From: Terriglobia bacterium
GTDB lineage: Bacteria > Acidobacteriota > Terriglobia > 2-12-FULL-54-10
Assembly (NCBI GenBank): GCA_963666975.2
Contig: CAXVYR010000004.1
Location: forward strand, 896,001 to 960,000
DNA: 64,000 nt
Direction of reading: 5' to 3'
The notes below the pieces were generated by a model that saw only the letters and a program-made list of their open reading frames with translations, searched no databases and was not told where the DNA came from. The translations under genes were made by a program, and so were the position numbers. Every line of letters starts with the position of its first letter. Within the stretch, counting starts at the first letter, position 1. Below are positions 19,395 through 29,190 of this stretch, in pieces.

Positions 19395-22247
19395 ATGATG
19401 TGGCTACGATTAGCAGTGATCGGATTGTTATGGGTGAGTTCGCTGGCTGCCCAGGAAAAGGAGCAGTCGGTGGGCTTGGTGCTGTCATCGGATGGAGCCC
19501 GGTTGGTTCGGGTCAACAGCGAATTGGCGTTGAAGGCCAAGGCGGGTGACATCCTGTTTCCGGGCGATTCCCTGCAAGGGGAAGGCGGCACGGTCTCCTT
19601 TCTGTTTTGCCCCGAGAAGTCCTCGCAGACGCTGAGCCAGGATGGCGAAGTTGTTTTTGAGGCGGATAAACTTCGCGTCGAGCAGGGAGAGTTGGTGGAC
19701 CGGAAAGAAGTCTCCTTTTGCATCCTCCCCCAGTTGGAGCGGTCGCCCTCGGCCAGCCAGCAGCATTACCGGGATACCTTGACCCGTTCGCTCGACATCA
19801 CAGAAGGCGAAACCGCCAGCTTTGAGTCCCGACTCCAGGAACTTCCGGCATCCGATCAAGACGCCCTGCGCGCCGAGTTGGAGCCCATCGATCAGGCATT
19901 GTCCCAGGATTCCGATGACCAAGCCGCCCGGCTGGCTCGCGCGGCCATATTGCAGAAATACGGCCTTTCTGCGGATGCCATCGAGGAATACGAAAAAATT
20001 TCCGGCGCATGGGAAGACGCCGATTGGGTTCGGGCGCTGGTTCACGAGGAAGCATCGGAGATGGAGCCGGAAGAGGCCGGAGAGGACGGCCCCGGCGAAA
20101 CCTATGCATTGTTGGTGGGCATCTCTGAATATCAGCGTTTGACCGAGGAACAGCAGCTCCAGTTTGCCCACGCCGACGCCGAGACGTTTGAGGAGTACCT
20201 GCTGAGCCCCCGGGGCGGGGGGTTGCCGGAAGAAAACATCGAAAGACTCACCAACCAGGAGGCGACTACGGCAGCCATCCGCGTCGCAATCGAGAGCTTC
20301 TTGAAAACTAGAGCGGGGAGGAATGACACGCTCATTCTGTTTATGGCCGCCCACGGAACGGTGGCAAAGACCCCCGACGGGCCGCAGGCCTTCATCATCA
20401 CATACGACAGCGACCCGCAGGATTTGGCCAGCACGGCTCTGCCGATGGCCGACATCCAGGCGCTGATGCGAGACCAGTTGAGCAAGGTCGGCCGGGTCAT
20501 GGTGTATGTCGATGTCTGCCGCGCAGGGATGATCGGCACCATCAAGAGCAACACCGTCAACCGGAACATGGAAGAGTTGTTTGAGGAGGAAGGCGACCTG
20601 TTTGGTTTTCTGGCGAGCCGCCCGAAAGAATATTCGATTGAGAGCGCGCGGTTCGGCGGCGGGCATGGGGCGTTCACTTATTTTCTCCTGAGAGCGCTGA
20701 ATGGAGACGCCGACGACATCAATGAAACGGGAAACGGGGACGGATTTGTCAGCGTCAACGAGGTGATTGACTACGTTCGCGACAAAGTTCGGGAAGCAAC
20801 CCGGAACAAGCAGCACCCCACCGAGAGAGTCAGTTTTCTGGATGATCTGGAGCTGGCGGACATCGAAGCAGATGGGATTTTGCTGTCGGATTGGACCCCT
20901 GCCCCCGAGAGCGAGCGAAAAACCCGCTTCCTGGCTGCGGTTACGCTGCCGGATGCGGCAGGGATGTCGGCTCCGAAGAGGCGTCGCCGGCAGGCCACCG
21001 TCGATGACATTGTGTTGTTTGAGGACGCTCTGGAAGCAGGGCGGGTCCTTCCGGAAACCGCCGAGAGCGCCTTTGAGCCCCTGCGCCGGCTGCAACGTAG
21101 ATTGTCGAAGGAAGACTTTCTGCTCCTGGAAAACCGGCTCCGCGTCGCTCTGGAGGACCGGGGACAGCAGGTCCTGCTGCGGTACCTGAGCGGCGACCAG
21201 ATTCCCCAAACCCGCTCCAGCTTCGCCTCCGGGGCACTCTACTTTGGGGCGGCTCAAGTGCTCACGCCGGATTCGCCGTTCTTGAAAAGCCGGGAGGCCT
21301 TTTCCCGGGGCCGCATGCTGATCTTTGATAAACAATATGACGAGGCCATTGAATTTCTGGAGCGGGCCGTGCGCCTGGACCCGAAAGGCGCATATTCCTA
21401 CAACGCGCTGGGCATTGCTTATTTGGAGCAGTCCGATTTCAGCCACGCCATCCAGGCCTTCCGCGACGCCAATCGCCGCGCCCCTTACTGGGCGTATCCT
21501 CTGCACAACCTGGCGCTTGCCTACACGGAGATCGGCGATTACCAGGGCGCCATTCGCGCCTACGAGGAAGCAATGGTGAATGCTCCGCAATATTCCTACC
21601 TTCCCTACAACCTGGGCTTGGTCTACCAGCGGCTGAACCGACGCAACGAGGCCGAGGAGGCCTACCGCGAAGCGATTGCCCTCACGCCAGACCTCGCCGA
21701 GCCCTATAACGCTCTGGGCGTGCTTTACGCCTCCCGCGGCCGCGCTTCGCAATCCGAGGGCTTTTATCGCCAGGCATTAGAGAAGAACCCGGACCTGCTG
21801 GCTGCCCGCCACAACCTCGCGTTGCTGCTTGCTGAGAACCAGGGGCGGGCGCCGGAGGCGATCGATCTGTGGCGCGAGAATATCTCCAGACAGGAACAGT
21901 ATCTTCCTTCCCGGCTCGTGTTGGCCGAGACTCTGGACCGTCAGGGCGCGGTGGCCGAAGCCATGGCGGAATACCGGGCCGTGTTGAGTTCGAAGCCCGA
22001 CTTCGTCGGCGCCCGCATGGCTCTGGCGGGGTTGCTGGCCCGTAGCGGCAATCCCGATGATGCCGTCGAACAACTCCAGGAAGCTTTGCAGCGGAAGCCG
22101 CGGAGCCCTCTTGTTTATGAACAGCTCGGGGACATCGAGATGGCCCGGGGCCGCACGGCTGAGGCCAGGGCCGCCTATGAGTCCGCCCTGGAAAATGCGG
22201 CAGACCCCAAAGCCCGCAAGACGATTCGCTCCAAATTAAAACAGTAA
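19395..22247 (+). CDS. Secreted caspase-like (peptidase C14) domain plus TPR protein
   Basis: Signal peptide; YALLVGISEY, MAAHG (His), DVCRAG (Cys), HGAFTYFL; C-terminal TPR array. Confidence 0.85.
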   Translation: MMWLRLAVIGLLWVSSLAAQEKEQSVGLVLSSDGARLVRVNSELALKAKAGDILFPGDSLQGEGGTVSFLFCPEKSSQTLSQDGEVVFEADKLRVEQGELVDRKEVSFCILPQLERSPSASQQHYRDTLTRSLDITEGETASFESRLQELPASDQDALRAELEPIDQALSQDSDDQAARLARAAILQKYGLSADAIEEYEKISGAWEDADWVRALVHEEASEMEPEEAGEDGPGETYALLVGISEYQRLTEEQQLQFAHADAETFEEYLLSPRGGGLPEENIERLTNQEATTAAIRVAIESFLKTRAGRNDTLILFMAAHGTVAKTPDGPQAFIITYDSDPQDLASTALPMADIQALMRDQLSKVGRVMVYVDVCRAGMIGTIKSNTVNRNMEELFEEEGDLFGFLASRPKEYSIESARFGGGHGAFTYFLLRALNGDADDINETGNGDGFVSVNEVIDYVRDKVREATRNKQHPTERVSFLDDLELADIEADGILLSDWTPAPESERKTRFLAAVTLPDAAGMSAPKRRRRQATVDDIVLFEDALEAGRVLPETAESAFEPLRRLQRRLSKEDFLLLENRLRVALEDRGQQVLLRYLSGDQIPQTRSSFASGALYFGAAQVLTPDSPFLKSREAFSRGRMLIFDKQYDEAIEFLERAVRLDPKGAYSYNALGIAYLEQSDFSHAIQAFRDANRRAPYWAYPLHNLALAYTEIGDYQGAIRAYEEAMVNAPQYSYLPYNLGLVYQRLNRRNEAEEAYREAIALTPDLAEPYNALGVLYASRGRASQSEGFYRQALEKNPDLLAARHNLALLLAENQGRAPEAIDLWRENISRQEQYLPSRLVLAETLDRQGAVAEAMAEYRAVLSSKPDFVGARMALAGLLARSGNPDDAVEQLQEALQRKPRSPLVYEQLGDIEMARGRTAEARAAYESALENAADPKARKTIRSKLKQ

Positions 22248-22403
22248 AATAGTCCTTCCGTGGTTGTACCCCCGAAGACAGCGGGGCAGTCCCGCCCGAA
22301 GGTAAGCTTGTGCCTGCTGTGCGGCAAAAACGGGTTGCGGGAAACCGTCCCGGTAAAATATACTGAATTCACTAATCTGGAAGAGAATGTGAGGATTGGC
22401 TCG

Positions 22404-23426
22404 ATGGCGAAAAACGCAATAAGAAGGTTTTGTGCCTGTGCGCTAGCGGCGTGGGTCTGCTTCGCTCCGGCCGCCGCAGAGGTGGTGGAAGAGATTGTCG
22501 CGCAGGTGAACAACCGCGTGATCGTGCTGTCGGAATACAATGGCAGCCTGGAAGCCCTCCAACAGGAACTATCCCAGCAGGCCAGCGGGCTGGAATTGGA
22601 AGGGCTTTTCAACCAGCGTTCCAAGGATGTGCTGCGGGATTTGATTGACCAGCAGTTGCTGGTGCAAAAGGCGGCCGATTTGGGCCTGAACCCCGACACC
22701 GAAGTCATCAAACGGCTGGACGAGATTCGCCAGCAGATGGAGCTGCCCAGCATGGAGGCGCTGGAACAGGCCGTGGTGCAACAGGGATTGAACTATGAAG
22801 ATTTCAAGCAAAACCTGGGCGAAAGCATTCTGACGCAGTGGGTGATCAGCCGCGATGTGGGCTCCCGCATCACGGTTTCTCCGGATGAGTTGGAGGCCTA
22901 TTACAACGAGCACAAAGAAGAGCTGGACCGCCCGGCGGGAGTCCACATACGGCAGATTCTTCTCTCTACGGAGGAAACCCCAGCCGAGGAACTGCCCGCG
23001 GTGGAGAAAAAAGCCGAGGAAGTGCTGGCCCTGGCCCGCGCAGGAGAGGATTTTGCCGAGCTGGCCCGGAAGCATTCCGAGGATGCCACGGCGAGCAATG
23101 GAGGCGATGCCGGTTTTTTTGAGCGGGGCATGATGGCTCCGGAAATCGAACAGGTCGCCTTCGCGCTGGAGAAAGACCAAATCAGCGACATCATCCGTAC
23201 GCGGTTCGGGTTGATGATTCTGAAATTAGTCGAGCGTTCCGAGGGGGGAGTTCCGCCTCTGGCAGAGATTCAGAACACGATTCATGAAAGGCTCTATTTG
23301 CAGAAGATCCAGCCTTCCATGCGCGAATATTTGACCCGCTTGCGCGGGGAGAGCTTCGTCTCGGTCAAAGCAGGGTATTCGGACTCCGGGGCGGCCACCG
23401 AGCAGGCGAGCGCCCGAGAACCATAG
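22404..23426 (+). CDS. SurA-like parvulin peptidylprolyl isomerase
   Basis: EEIVAQVNN, HIRQIL, FAELARKHSED, GGDAG. Confidence 0.88.
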   Translation: MAKNAIRRFCACALAAWVCFAPAAAEVVEEIVAQVNNRVIVLSEYNGSLEALQQELSQQASGLELEGLFNQRSKDVLRDLIDQQLLVQKAADLGLNPDTEVIKRLDEIRQQMELPSMEALEQAVVQQGLNYEDFKQNLGESILTQWVISRDVGSRITVSPDELEAYYNEHKEELDRPAGVHIRQILLSTEETPAEELPAVEKKAEEVLALARAGEDFAELARKHSEDATASNGGDAGFFERGMMAPEIEQVAFALEKDQISDIIRTRFGLMILKLVERSEGGVPPLAEIQNTIHERLYLQKIQPSMREYLTRLRGESFVSVKAGYSDSGAATEQASAREP

Positions 23427-23443
23427 GCGCATGCCATAGGCAC

Positions 23444-24484
23444 ATGAAAGAAACCTACATCAGCGATCTCCAGCCCAACCAGGTCATCACCTCCAATTTT
23501 CTGGTCCAAGCCAAAGATCTCCGCGTAAAAAAGACCGGCGAAAGCTATTTGGCGCTGACCCTCTCGGACCGTACCGGCGAGGTTGACACCAAGATGTGGG
23601 ACAACGTGGACCAGGTGCATTCCACCTTTGAGCGCGATGATTTCGTCAAGGTGAAGGGCGCGGTGCAACTGTTCCGCAACAAGCCGCAGCTCACCGTGCA
23701 CAAACTGAAACGGCTGGAGGACAAGGATGTTGACCTGGCTGATTATTTTCCCCGCAGCGCTCGGGACCCCGAAGAGATGTGGGCAGAGTTACAGCAGGTC
23801 ATCGAAGGGCTCCGGAACGAGTCCCTAAAAGCACTTCTGTCCCGGATCGTCTCCAATCCCGAGATCGCCCAGCGGCTGAAGCTGGCTCCGGCGGCCAAGA
23901 CACTGCATCATGCATACCTCGGGGGGCTGCTGGAACACATTCTTTCCTTATGCCGTCTTGCCCGGCTGGTGGCCCAAAACTACAGCCAAATCGATTTGGA
24001 CCTTGTGCTCGCCGGCGTCGTCCTGCACGATCTCGGCAAGATCTACGAGCTTTCCTATACACGCTCCTTCGGTTACACAACCGAAGGCCAGTTGCTGGGG
24101 CACATGATTCTGGAGTTGGAGATTCTCCACCGCACGCTGGCGGAGATACCGGACTTTCCCCGCCCGTTGCAAACCCTGCTGGAACATTTGATCATCAGCC
24201 ATCACGGCCAGTACCTGTTCGGTTCTCCCAAGCTTCCCATGTTTCCGGAGGCTCTGCTGCTGCACTATTTGGACGATCTGGACTCCAAGCTCCAGGGCAT
24301 GCAAACAAGACTGGACCGGGAGAGTTCGGCGGAGGGCGAATGGACTGCATATATCCCTTCGCTCGAACGGCCTTTGCTGAAGCTCGATGAGTTTCGCCGG
24401 AGGACCGGCATGGACGCCCGGGAAGATGACGCCACACGGCAGGACGCGGCCGAAGAGGAAGCCGTTCCGGACAGCGAGGGATAG
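23444..24484 (+). CDS. YhaM/Cbf1-like OB-fold HD 3'-5' exoribonuclease
   Basis: DRTGEV, PAAKTLHHAYLGGLLEH, LHDLGK, SHHG. Confidence 0.9.
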   Translation: MKETYISDLQPNQVITSNFLVQAKDLRVKKTGESYLALTLSDRTGEVDTKMWDNVDQVHSTFERDDFVKVKGAVQLFRNKPQLTVHKLKRLEDKDVDLADYFPRSARDPEEMWAELQQVIEGLRNESLKALLSRIVSNPEIAQRLKLAPAAKTLHHAYLGGLLEHILSLCRLARLVAQNYSQIDLDLVLAGVVLHDLGKIYELSYTRSFGYTTEGQLLGHMILELEILHRTLAEIPDFPRPLQTLLEHLIISHHGQYLFGSPKLPMFPEALLLHYLDDLDSKLQGMQTRLDRESSAEGEWTAYIPSLERPLLKLDEFRRRTGMDAREDDATRQDAAEEEAVPDSEG

Positions 24485-24549
24485 GGATAGCGAAGAATAA
24501 AGCTAAGCGCGAATTTTTCGCGCGAATCACCCGCATCGGAGGGAAACCG

Positions 24550-24891
24550 ATGGGAGAGCAAGGCCGCCGGCAACGGCGGATCGGAGTTGCCTTAGACGTT
24601 CGAATCAAGGGTGTGGACCGTTTCGGGCTTTCCTTTGAAGAGAAGGTGGTATCCGACAACGTCAGCCGGGGTGGGTGCTCCTTCCAGCTTTCCAACGAAG
24701 TTGCCATCGGAGCGGAACTGGAAGTTGAGATTCATCGCCATCCGGCTGGCAGGAGGCCTGCGACCCCATTTCTTACCACCGGCGAAGTGATGCGGATGGA
24801 CAACTCGGGCGAAGACCAATACATCGTCGGGGTTCGCTTCACCGGCCCGCAATTTCCTACCTATTCCGGCGAGGACACCAGTGGCGGCTAG
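24550..24891 (+). CDS. PilZ-domain protein
   Basis: RRQRR and NVSRGG motifs. Confidence 0.8.
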   Translation: MGEQGRRQRRIGVALDVRIKGVDRFGLSFEEKVVSDNVSRGGCSFQLSNEVAIGAELEVEIHRHPAGRRPATPFLTTGEVMRMDNSGEDQYIVGVRFTGPQFPTYSGEDTSGG

Positions 24892-25070
24892 AGTGGGCGC
24901 CTCATTCACAGTATAGTTCGCAGTATAGTTCAGTGAAAGGCTCAGCGAGAAATTCCGCCTTGGGAGTTTGCTGAATCCTCCAGTGCGCTCTCCTTCCCGG
25001 AACCATTTCCTATTCAATCAACACGGCAGGCCCTCGCCTCTTCGGGCGAGGGTATATAATCAAGCTGGAA

Positions 25071-25110
25071 GCGAGAGTGGCGGAATTGGCAGACGCGCCA
25101 GACTTAGGAT
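25071..25110 (+). repeat. attL: 5' 40 nt of tRNA-Leu, truncated just after the anticodon loop
   Basis: gcgagagtggcggaattggcagacgcgccagacttaggat identical to 43074-43113; TATAAT at 25055-25060. Confidence 0.95.
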
Positions 25111-25248
25111 GTGGTTAAGGGTAGTTTGCACCAACGCGCACCACGTCACCAGGAAGCGCATACAGTGTGCAAGGCCCCTTAAACAAAGGCTCCCGAATAG
25201 GTGCCATTAAAGCACCAACGCGCACAGAGAAGCGTGGACCGACAATCT

Positions 25249-25274
25249 CAACTGACACCAGAACTGACACCGGC
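25249..25274 (+). promoter_or_regulatory. Putative integrase arm-type site (ACTGACACC x2)
   Basis: 24/26 identical to 42975-43000 near the other att site. Confidence 0.75.
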
Positions 25275-25546
25275 CTATCGTTGATTTCCTCTAATCTAAA
25301 TGCTCCTCTGGAATGCAGCCTGAGCCGATTCCACTCGATTTCAGGCCATATTCCGCCTCGAAGAAGTCTGCTCCTCCTCGCCGCCATGCCTCAGAATGGT
25401 TGCCTGGATTTTGACCACTCCGCACCCAACGCCGACCTCCTGTTCAATATTCCCATTGAGGCGACCTTGTCTGTAACTATTTCCCGTATCCCCTAAACCC
25501 CCTCTCAAGGCTCAGCCTTGCGCCTACAATCCGCACTTCACATGCC

Positions 25547-25575
25547 TTGACAAGCCCTGCGGCAAAACGTACAAT
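25547..25575 (+). promoter_or_regulatory. Sigma70-type promoter of element left operon
   Basis: TTGACA-17bp-TACAAT. Confidence 0.7.
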
Positions 25576-25811
25576 AATAGTAGGAAGTGTTCATGGGAGA
25601 GACCTCAGTTCATGTGAATGGCAGCGAGACCGACACTAATACGAACAACGAAACGAGCAACGAAACGACCAACGTAATGCAGGGTTATATCCCTGCACCT
25701 TTTTCAAAAATCAAAATTAAGAATTAGACGCGGAGTCGAGCGCGTAATTGCGCTTTGACGTGCCTTTTTAACTGGCTACCTGCGAGCGCCATTGTGTGCT
25801 CCGGAGGTTGA

Positions 25812-25973
25812 ATGGAACGAATTTTACTGTCGAGACAAAACACCGCGAAGGCTATGGACATCTCACTGCGCAAATTGGATGACCTAATCTCCAAGGGCAT
25901 ACTCCCAGCGATCAAGTGTGGCAGGCGGACGCTGATTCCCAGGGCCGCAATCGAAAAGTATGCACGCGGATAA
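25812..25973 (+). CDS. Excisionase-like HTH protein (53 aa; not in ORF track)
   Basis: MERILLSRQNTAKAMDISLRKLDDLISKGILPAIKCGRRTLIPRAAIEKY; GGAGG RBS. Confidence 0.85.
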   Translation: MERILLSRQNTAKAMDISLRKLDDLISKGILPAIKCGRRTLIPRAAIEKYARG

Positions 25974-26135
25974 ACCGCGCAGTTTTCAAAGAGCAAGGAG
26001 GGAGTGCGGTAGATGGTGCCCCGCCGCTCCCCTCGTCCTAAATGTCTTCGGGCACGCGCCACGGTCTGCGGAGGGACGCAGCCTGTGGTGGTTTGATTAA
26101 CAACCCTAATTTTCTTTTCAACAGGAGGATCTTTA

Positions 26136-26354
26136 ATGATGCAAAAAAATAGATCGGCCAAATTAAATCTGTACGAGGGGGCCGCCCTGGTGGACCTTCC
26201 ACCAGCGACATTCTACACCCTCGGATCGCATGGAATAATTCCGTGCCAACGTAAGGGCAGCGAACTGACCGTCAGTCGGGAATCTTTGGTCAATTGGGCG
26301 CGACTATGGGGTGAGCGACTAAGCGGCGTCTACTCCGCAACGGAGGTGAAGTGA
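26136..26354 (+). CDS. Second excisionase/HTH-like protein
   Basis: LNLYEGAALV...GIIPCQRKG..VSRESL pattern; AGGAGG RBS. Confidence 0.7.
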   Translation: MMQKNRSAKLNLYEGAALVDLPPATFYTLGSHGIIPCQRKGSELTVSRESLVNWARLWGERLSGVYSATEVK

Positions 26355-27313
26355 TGCAATCTTTCACGGCGGCTGAGCTGGTTCGGCTTTCCAGCGAACA
26401 ACCATCAACCCCGGTCATTGAGGGCCTGCTGAACGAGGGCGGCATAATGCTGATCCACGGAGCCGAACAGAGCTTCAAGTCTCTCTTTGCGTTCCAAGTC
26501 GCAGAGAGTATGGCCTCGGCCACCCCACTTCTGAGGTTGTGGAGTGTGCCACGTCCCCGCAAGGTAGGCGTCATCGCGACGACAATGAAACCTCCTGAAT
26601 TGGGGGTAAGGTTGGCGAAGATGTTCGCTAATAGGGAGCTTCCAGACAACATCCAGTTTCTAACCAATAAAAAACTAATCGGTTGGTTGGGGGGACCTTT
26701 GGCGGACAAATTCATTGGAGGATGGATCGCGGAACAAGCAATTGAAATTTCCATAATTGACGCAGCGAATAATTGCATTGAGGTGGCAAAGCGAGACTCC
26801 TCGTACTATAAGGGGAGAAGCTGCTTCCTTGACGCTGATGTCGTGAACAATTTTTTCACCGCCTTACGGAGACTCCCAGTTCAGGCCCGACTCGTGGTGC
26901 TACAAGATCGCCAGCGGAAGTTGGAGAGGGTGCCAAATTGGAATGAACAGTCGGACGTCATTCTCCGTATGAAACGCGTCCAAAGGACAAACGAGGTTCG
27001 CCTGCATATCGAGAAGCTACATCCAGGTAAACTCGACACTATCAGTCTTTGGTTTGACCAGGTTTGCTTCCGATTGACCCCCCTGCCCCCGGTTGTTGCA
27101 GTTTTGGAGTACGGCCCCCGATCACTCGCGGAGCTGATGGCCGACCTCAGAGTGCGTTTCGGAATTGACGGCAGCACGGGAGGCAAAATGCTCAATGAGC
27201 AGAAACCATATCTGCGGGAAAGTCCAAAAGATGTTTTCGAGATCAACTGGGCGCGGGCCGAAAAAGCTCCTTGGCATCCGTTCCTGGTCAATCCAGCAGG
27301 GGGGCCACAGTGA
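26351..27313 (+). CDS. AAA_25/RepA-like ATPase
   Basis: PVIEGLL, Walker A variant HGAEQSFKS, IIDA Walker B-like. Confidence 0.7.
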   Translation: MMQSFTAAELVRLSSEQPSTPVIEGLLNEGGIMLIHGAEQSFKSLFAFQVAESMASATPLLRLWSVPRPRKVGVIATTMKPPELGVRLAKMFANRELPDNIQFLTNKKLIGWLGGPLADKFIGGWIAEQAIEISIIDAANNCIEVAKRDSSYYKGRSCFLDADVVNNFFTALRRLPVQARLVVLQDRQRKLERVPNWNEQSDVILRMKRVQRTNEVRLHIEKLHPGKLDTISLWFDQVCFRLTPLPPVVAVLEYGPRSLAELMADLRVRFGIDGSTGGKMLNEQKPYLRESPKDVFEINWARAEKAPWHPFLVNPAGGPQ

Positions 27314-27342
27314 CCGATCAATCACTTAACGAGGAGGTCTGC

Positions 27343-27636
27343 ATGGAAACCGATCACATGGAACAAGACTTGGGCACAGCCGCCTTTTTGCAGGTACGCG
27401 GCTTTCGCCTGCTGGGGCTTGCGCCTACTGGTGCAGGCCGATATGCCTTCAGGTTTGCAGACCCGGATGGAGAGGCTTCAGCGGCCTCCCTAGCCTACCT
27501 CCAGGGCGAAGCTGTGGCTGCCTACAGTCTGGTTGCCGCTGAGAAGAGCCTGAAGACGTTTTTATACGCAACTAAGGATGGAAATGTTAATGGAAAAAGA
27601 TATGGAAAGAATGCCCGCAACTCCCGGCGACCATAA
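27343..27636 (+). CDS. Small hypothetical protein (resembles DUF5659)
   Basis: DLGTAAFL..GF.L...YAFRF pattern; GAGGAGG RBS. Confidence 0.6.
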   Translation: METDHMEQDLGTAAFLQVRGFRLLGLAPTGAGRYAFRFADPDGEASAASLAYLQGEAVAAYSLVAAEKSLKTFLYATKDGNVNGKRYGKNARNSRRP

Positions 27637-28711
27637 CCCACCGATCCAAGATGTTCCCTCCGGAACAGTGGAGCCAATTGGCAGAGGCGACGTTACGCTC
27701 TCGCAGTCGACTGGTCTCTGCAACCAATACGGTGAGCAGCTCGGCACTGCCACGTCACTTGTCCAACCTCGACCTGTGCTTTCCGGGACGATCTGGGAAG
27801 TTCGTGGTTTCCAAGATGCCATGAAAGGCTCCGATGAAAAGCCGCCCTGGGTGATTGAAGATTTGCTGATGGAACAGAGCGCCACAATCGTTTCGGCGCA
27901 GCCTCACTCTATGAAGTCTCTGTCTTGGCTGGCAGCAAGTCTTGAGGCAGTTACGAAGCAGGAGGTGTGGGGATATTTTGCTGCTCCGAATGTGAAAAAT
28001 GCCCTTTTTATCGAGACTGAGGACCCGCACTGGATGGTAGAGTCCCGGATTCGCGGGTTGGCCAAAGGCTTGGGAATCGGCGAGGATGAGCCGGTTCCTG
28101 GGTTTTACTATGCTTGCATTGGACCCTTTGACCTGCTCAAAGAGGAAAAGAATATCCGAAACTTAATCAAAGAGCATCAGCTCAACTTCATCGTCTTAAG
28201 CACGTTGCAGAATCTCCTTGCTGGCCGGGATTGGTTAAGCCAGCAGGAGATGCAACCCATCATGGCCTTGATTATTCGGCTATCGCGAGAGTGCCCGGTT
28301 GTATTGGTCACACACTCACCTTGGGATAAACGGGCGAAGCGTGCGGCAGGAACTGTGACGCAGACGGCCAATTTTCTGACCGCGATACATTTTGAGAAGA
28401 AAAGAGACCCTAAGACCGGCGAGACATTCGCCCGTGTGACTGTGGACAGCAAGGTCGGCGCGGAGGAGACTGACTTCAGCTTGAAGCTGGTTACCGAAGG
28501 AGCTGACTTGCGAGACCCTGGCAATGTGCGAAGGTTGGTTTATGCAGGGGGAGGGTCGGGCGGTGGGTCGAAGAAGGATGCAATCCTGGCCGCGCACAAA
28601 GAGAGCCCGGATGCGACTGCGGCTGAGATTGTCGAGCAAGTGGGGGCTGGAAAACGGTATGTGCAGAGGGTTCTCAAGGAAGCCAAGGGTCCGACGGAGG
28701 GTGAGGAATAG
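27578..28711 (+). CDS. AAA_25/RepA-like ATPase with C-terminal HTH
   Basis: WVIEDLL, SAQPHSMKS, LFIETED, VLVTH; TAAEIVEQVGAGKRYVQRVL. Confidence 0.75.
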   Translation: MEMLMEKDMERMPATPGDHNPPIQDVPSGTVEPIGRGDVTLSQSTGLCNQYGEQLGTATSLVQPRPVLSGTIWEVRGFQDAMKGSDEKPPWVIEDLLMEQSATIVSAQPHSMKSLSWLAASLEAVTKQEVWGYFAAPNVKNALFIETEDPHWMVESRIRGLAKGLGIGEDEPVPGFYYACIGPFDLLKEEKNIRNLIKEHQLNFIVLSTLQNLLAGRDWLSQQEMQPIMALIIRLSRECPVVLVTHSPWDKRAKRAAGTVTQTANFLTAIHFEKKRDPKTGETFARVTVDSKVGAEETDFSLKLVTEGADLRDPGNVRRLVYAGGGSGGGSKKDAILAAHKESPDATAAEIVEQVGAGKRYVQRVLKEAKGPTEGEE

Positions 28712-28730
28712 CGTGACATTGTATGAAACC

Positions 28731-28912
28731 TGTTCGCGGCTTGTTCGCAGCAACGGAACGAACAGTTCGCGAACACATTTGGAGTTGTTCGCTTTTATGG
28801 CTAACCCTTTTGTTTGCAAGCACTTAATATTTTATCTTGTTCGCCTAGTTGTTCGCGCCGTGCCGTCGAAAACGAACGAACTGTGTTGCGTATGTAATAC
28901 GCAACAGTTCGC
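28731..28912. repeat. Putative replication origin (GTTCGC iterons, AT-rich core, hairpin)
   Basis: Seven (T/A)GTTCGC, several CGAAC; TGTTGCGTAT-GTA-ATACGCAACA inverted repeat. Confidence 0.7.
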
Positions 28913-29037
28913 TTCGCGGGCGCAACGGAACTGTACACAGGGTCAGCTTGGTTTTAGCGGGGAGTAAAAGAGAGACGGTTTTTTAGACAGAGGATAGGTT
29001 GGGATGCAGGGAGGCATTTACTAAGTAGCCTTTGAAC

Positions 29038-29190
29038 TAGGCAGGGTTTTTAGACAGATAGGATCTCAGGTCATGCGTCATGCAGCCGGTGTACAAAATC
29101 CGGGTCAGCGGTTTCTTGGCAGGGTTCCGCTCCGGTGACAGACGCCGACTTACAAGGACCGTTTTCTTGTCTGTCTAAAAACCCTGCCTA
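29038..29190. repeat. Perfect 21-bp inverted repeat closing a ~150-nt hairpin
   Basis: taggcagggtttttagacaga / tctgtctaaaaaccctgccta. Confidence 0.9.

Noticed and set aside
19485-21752. Long antisense ORFs (755 aa here; also 47310-48845, 52703-53935, 59461-60633 and others)
   Set aside because: Shadows of GC-rich coding genes on the opposite strand; no recognisable motifs
25071-25110. Second functional tRNA
   Set aside because: Lacks the 3' anticodon stem, T arm and acceptor strand; it is an att remnant
25641-28912. CRISPR array
   Set aside because: Repeats are short with no regular unique spacers; no cas genes
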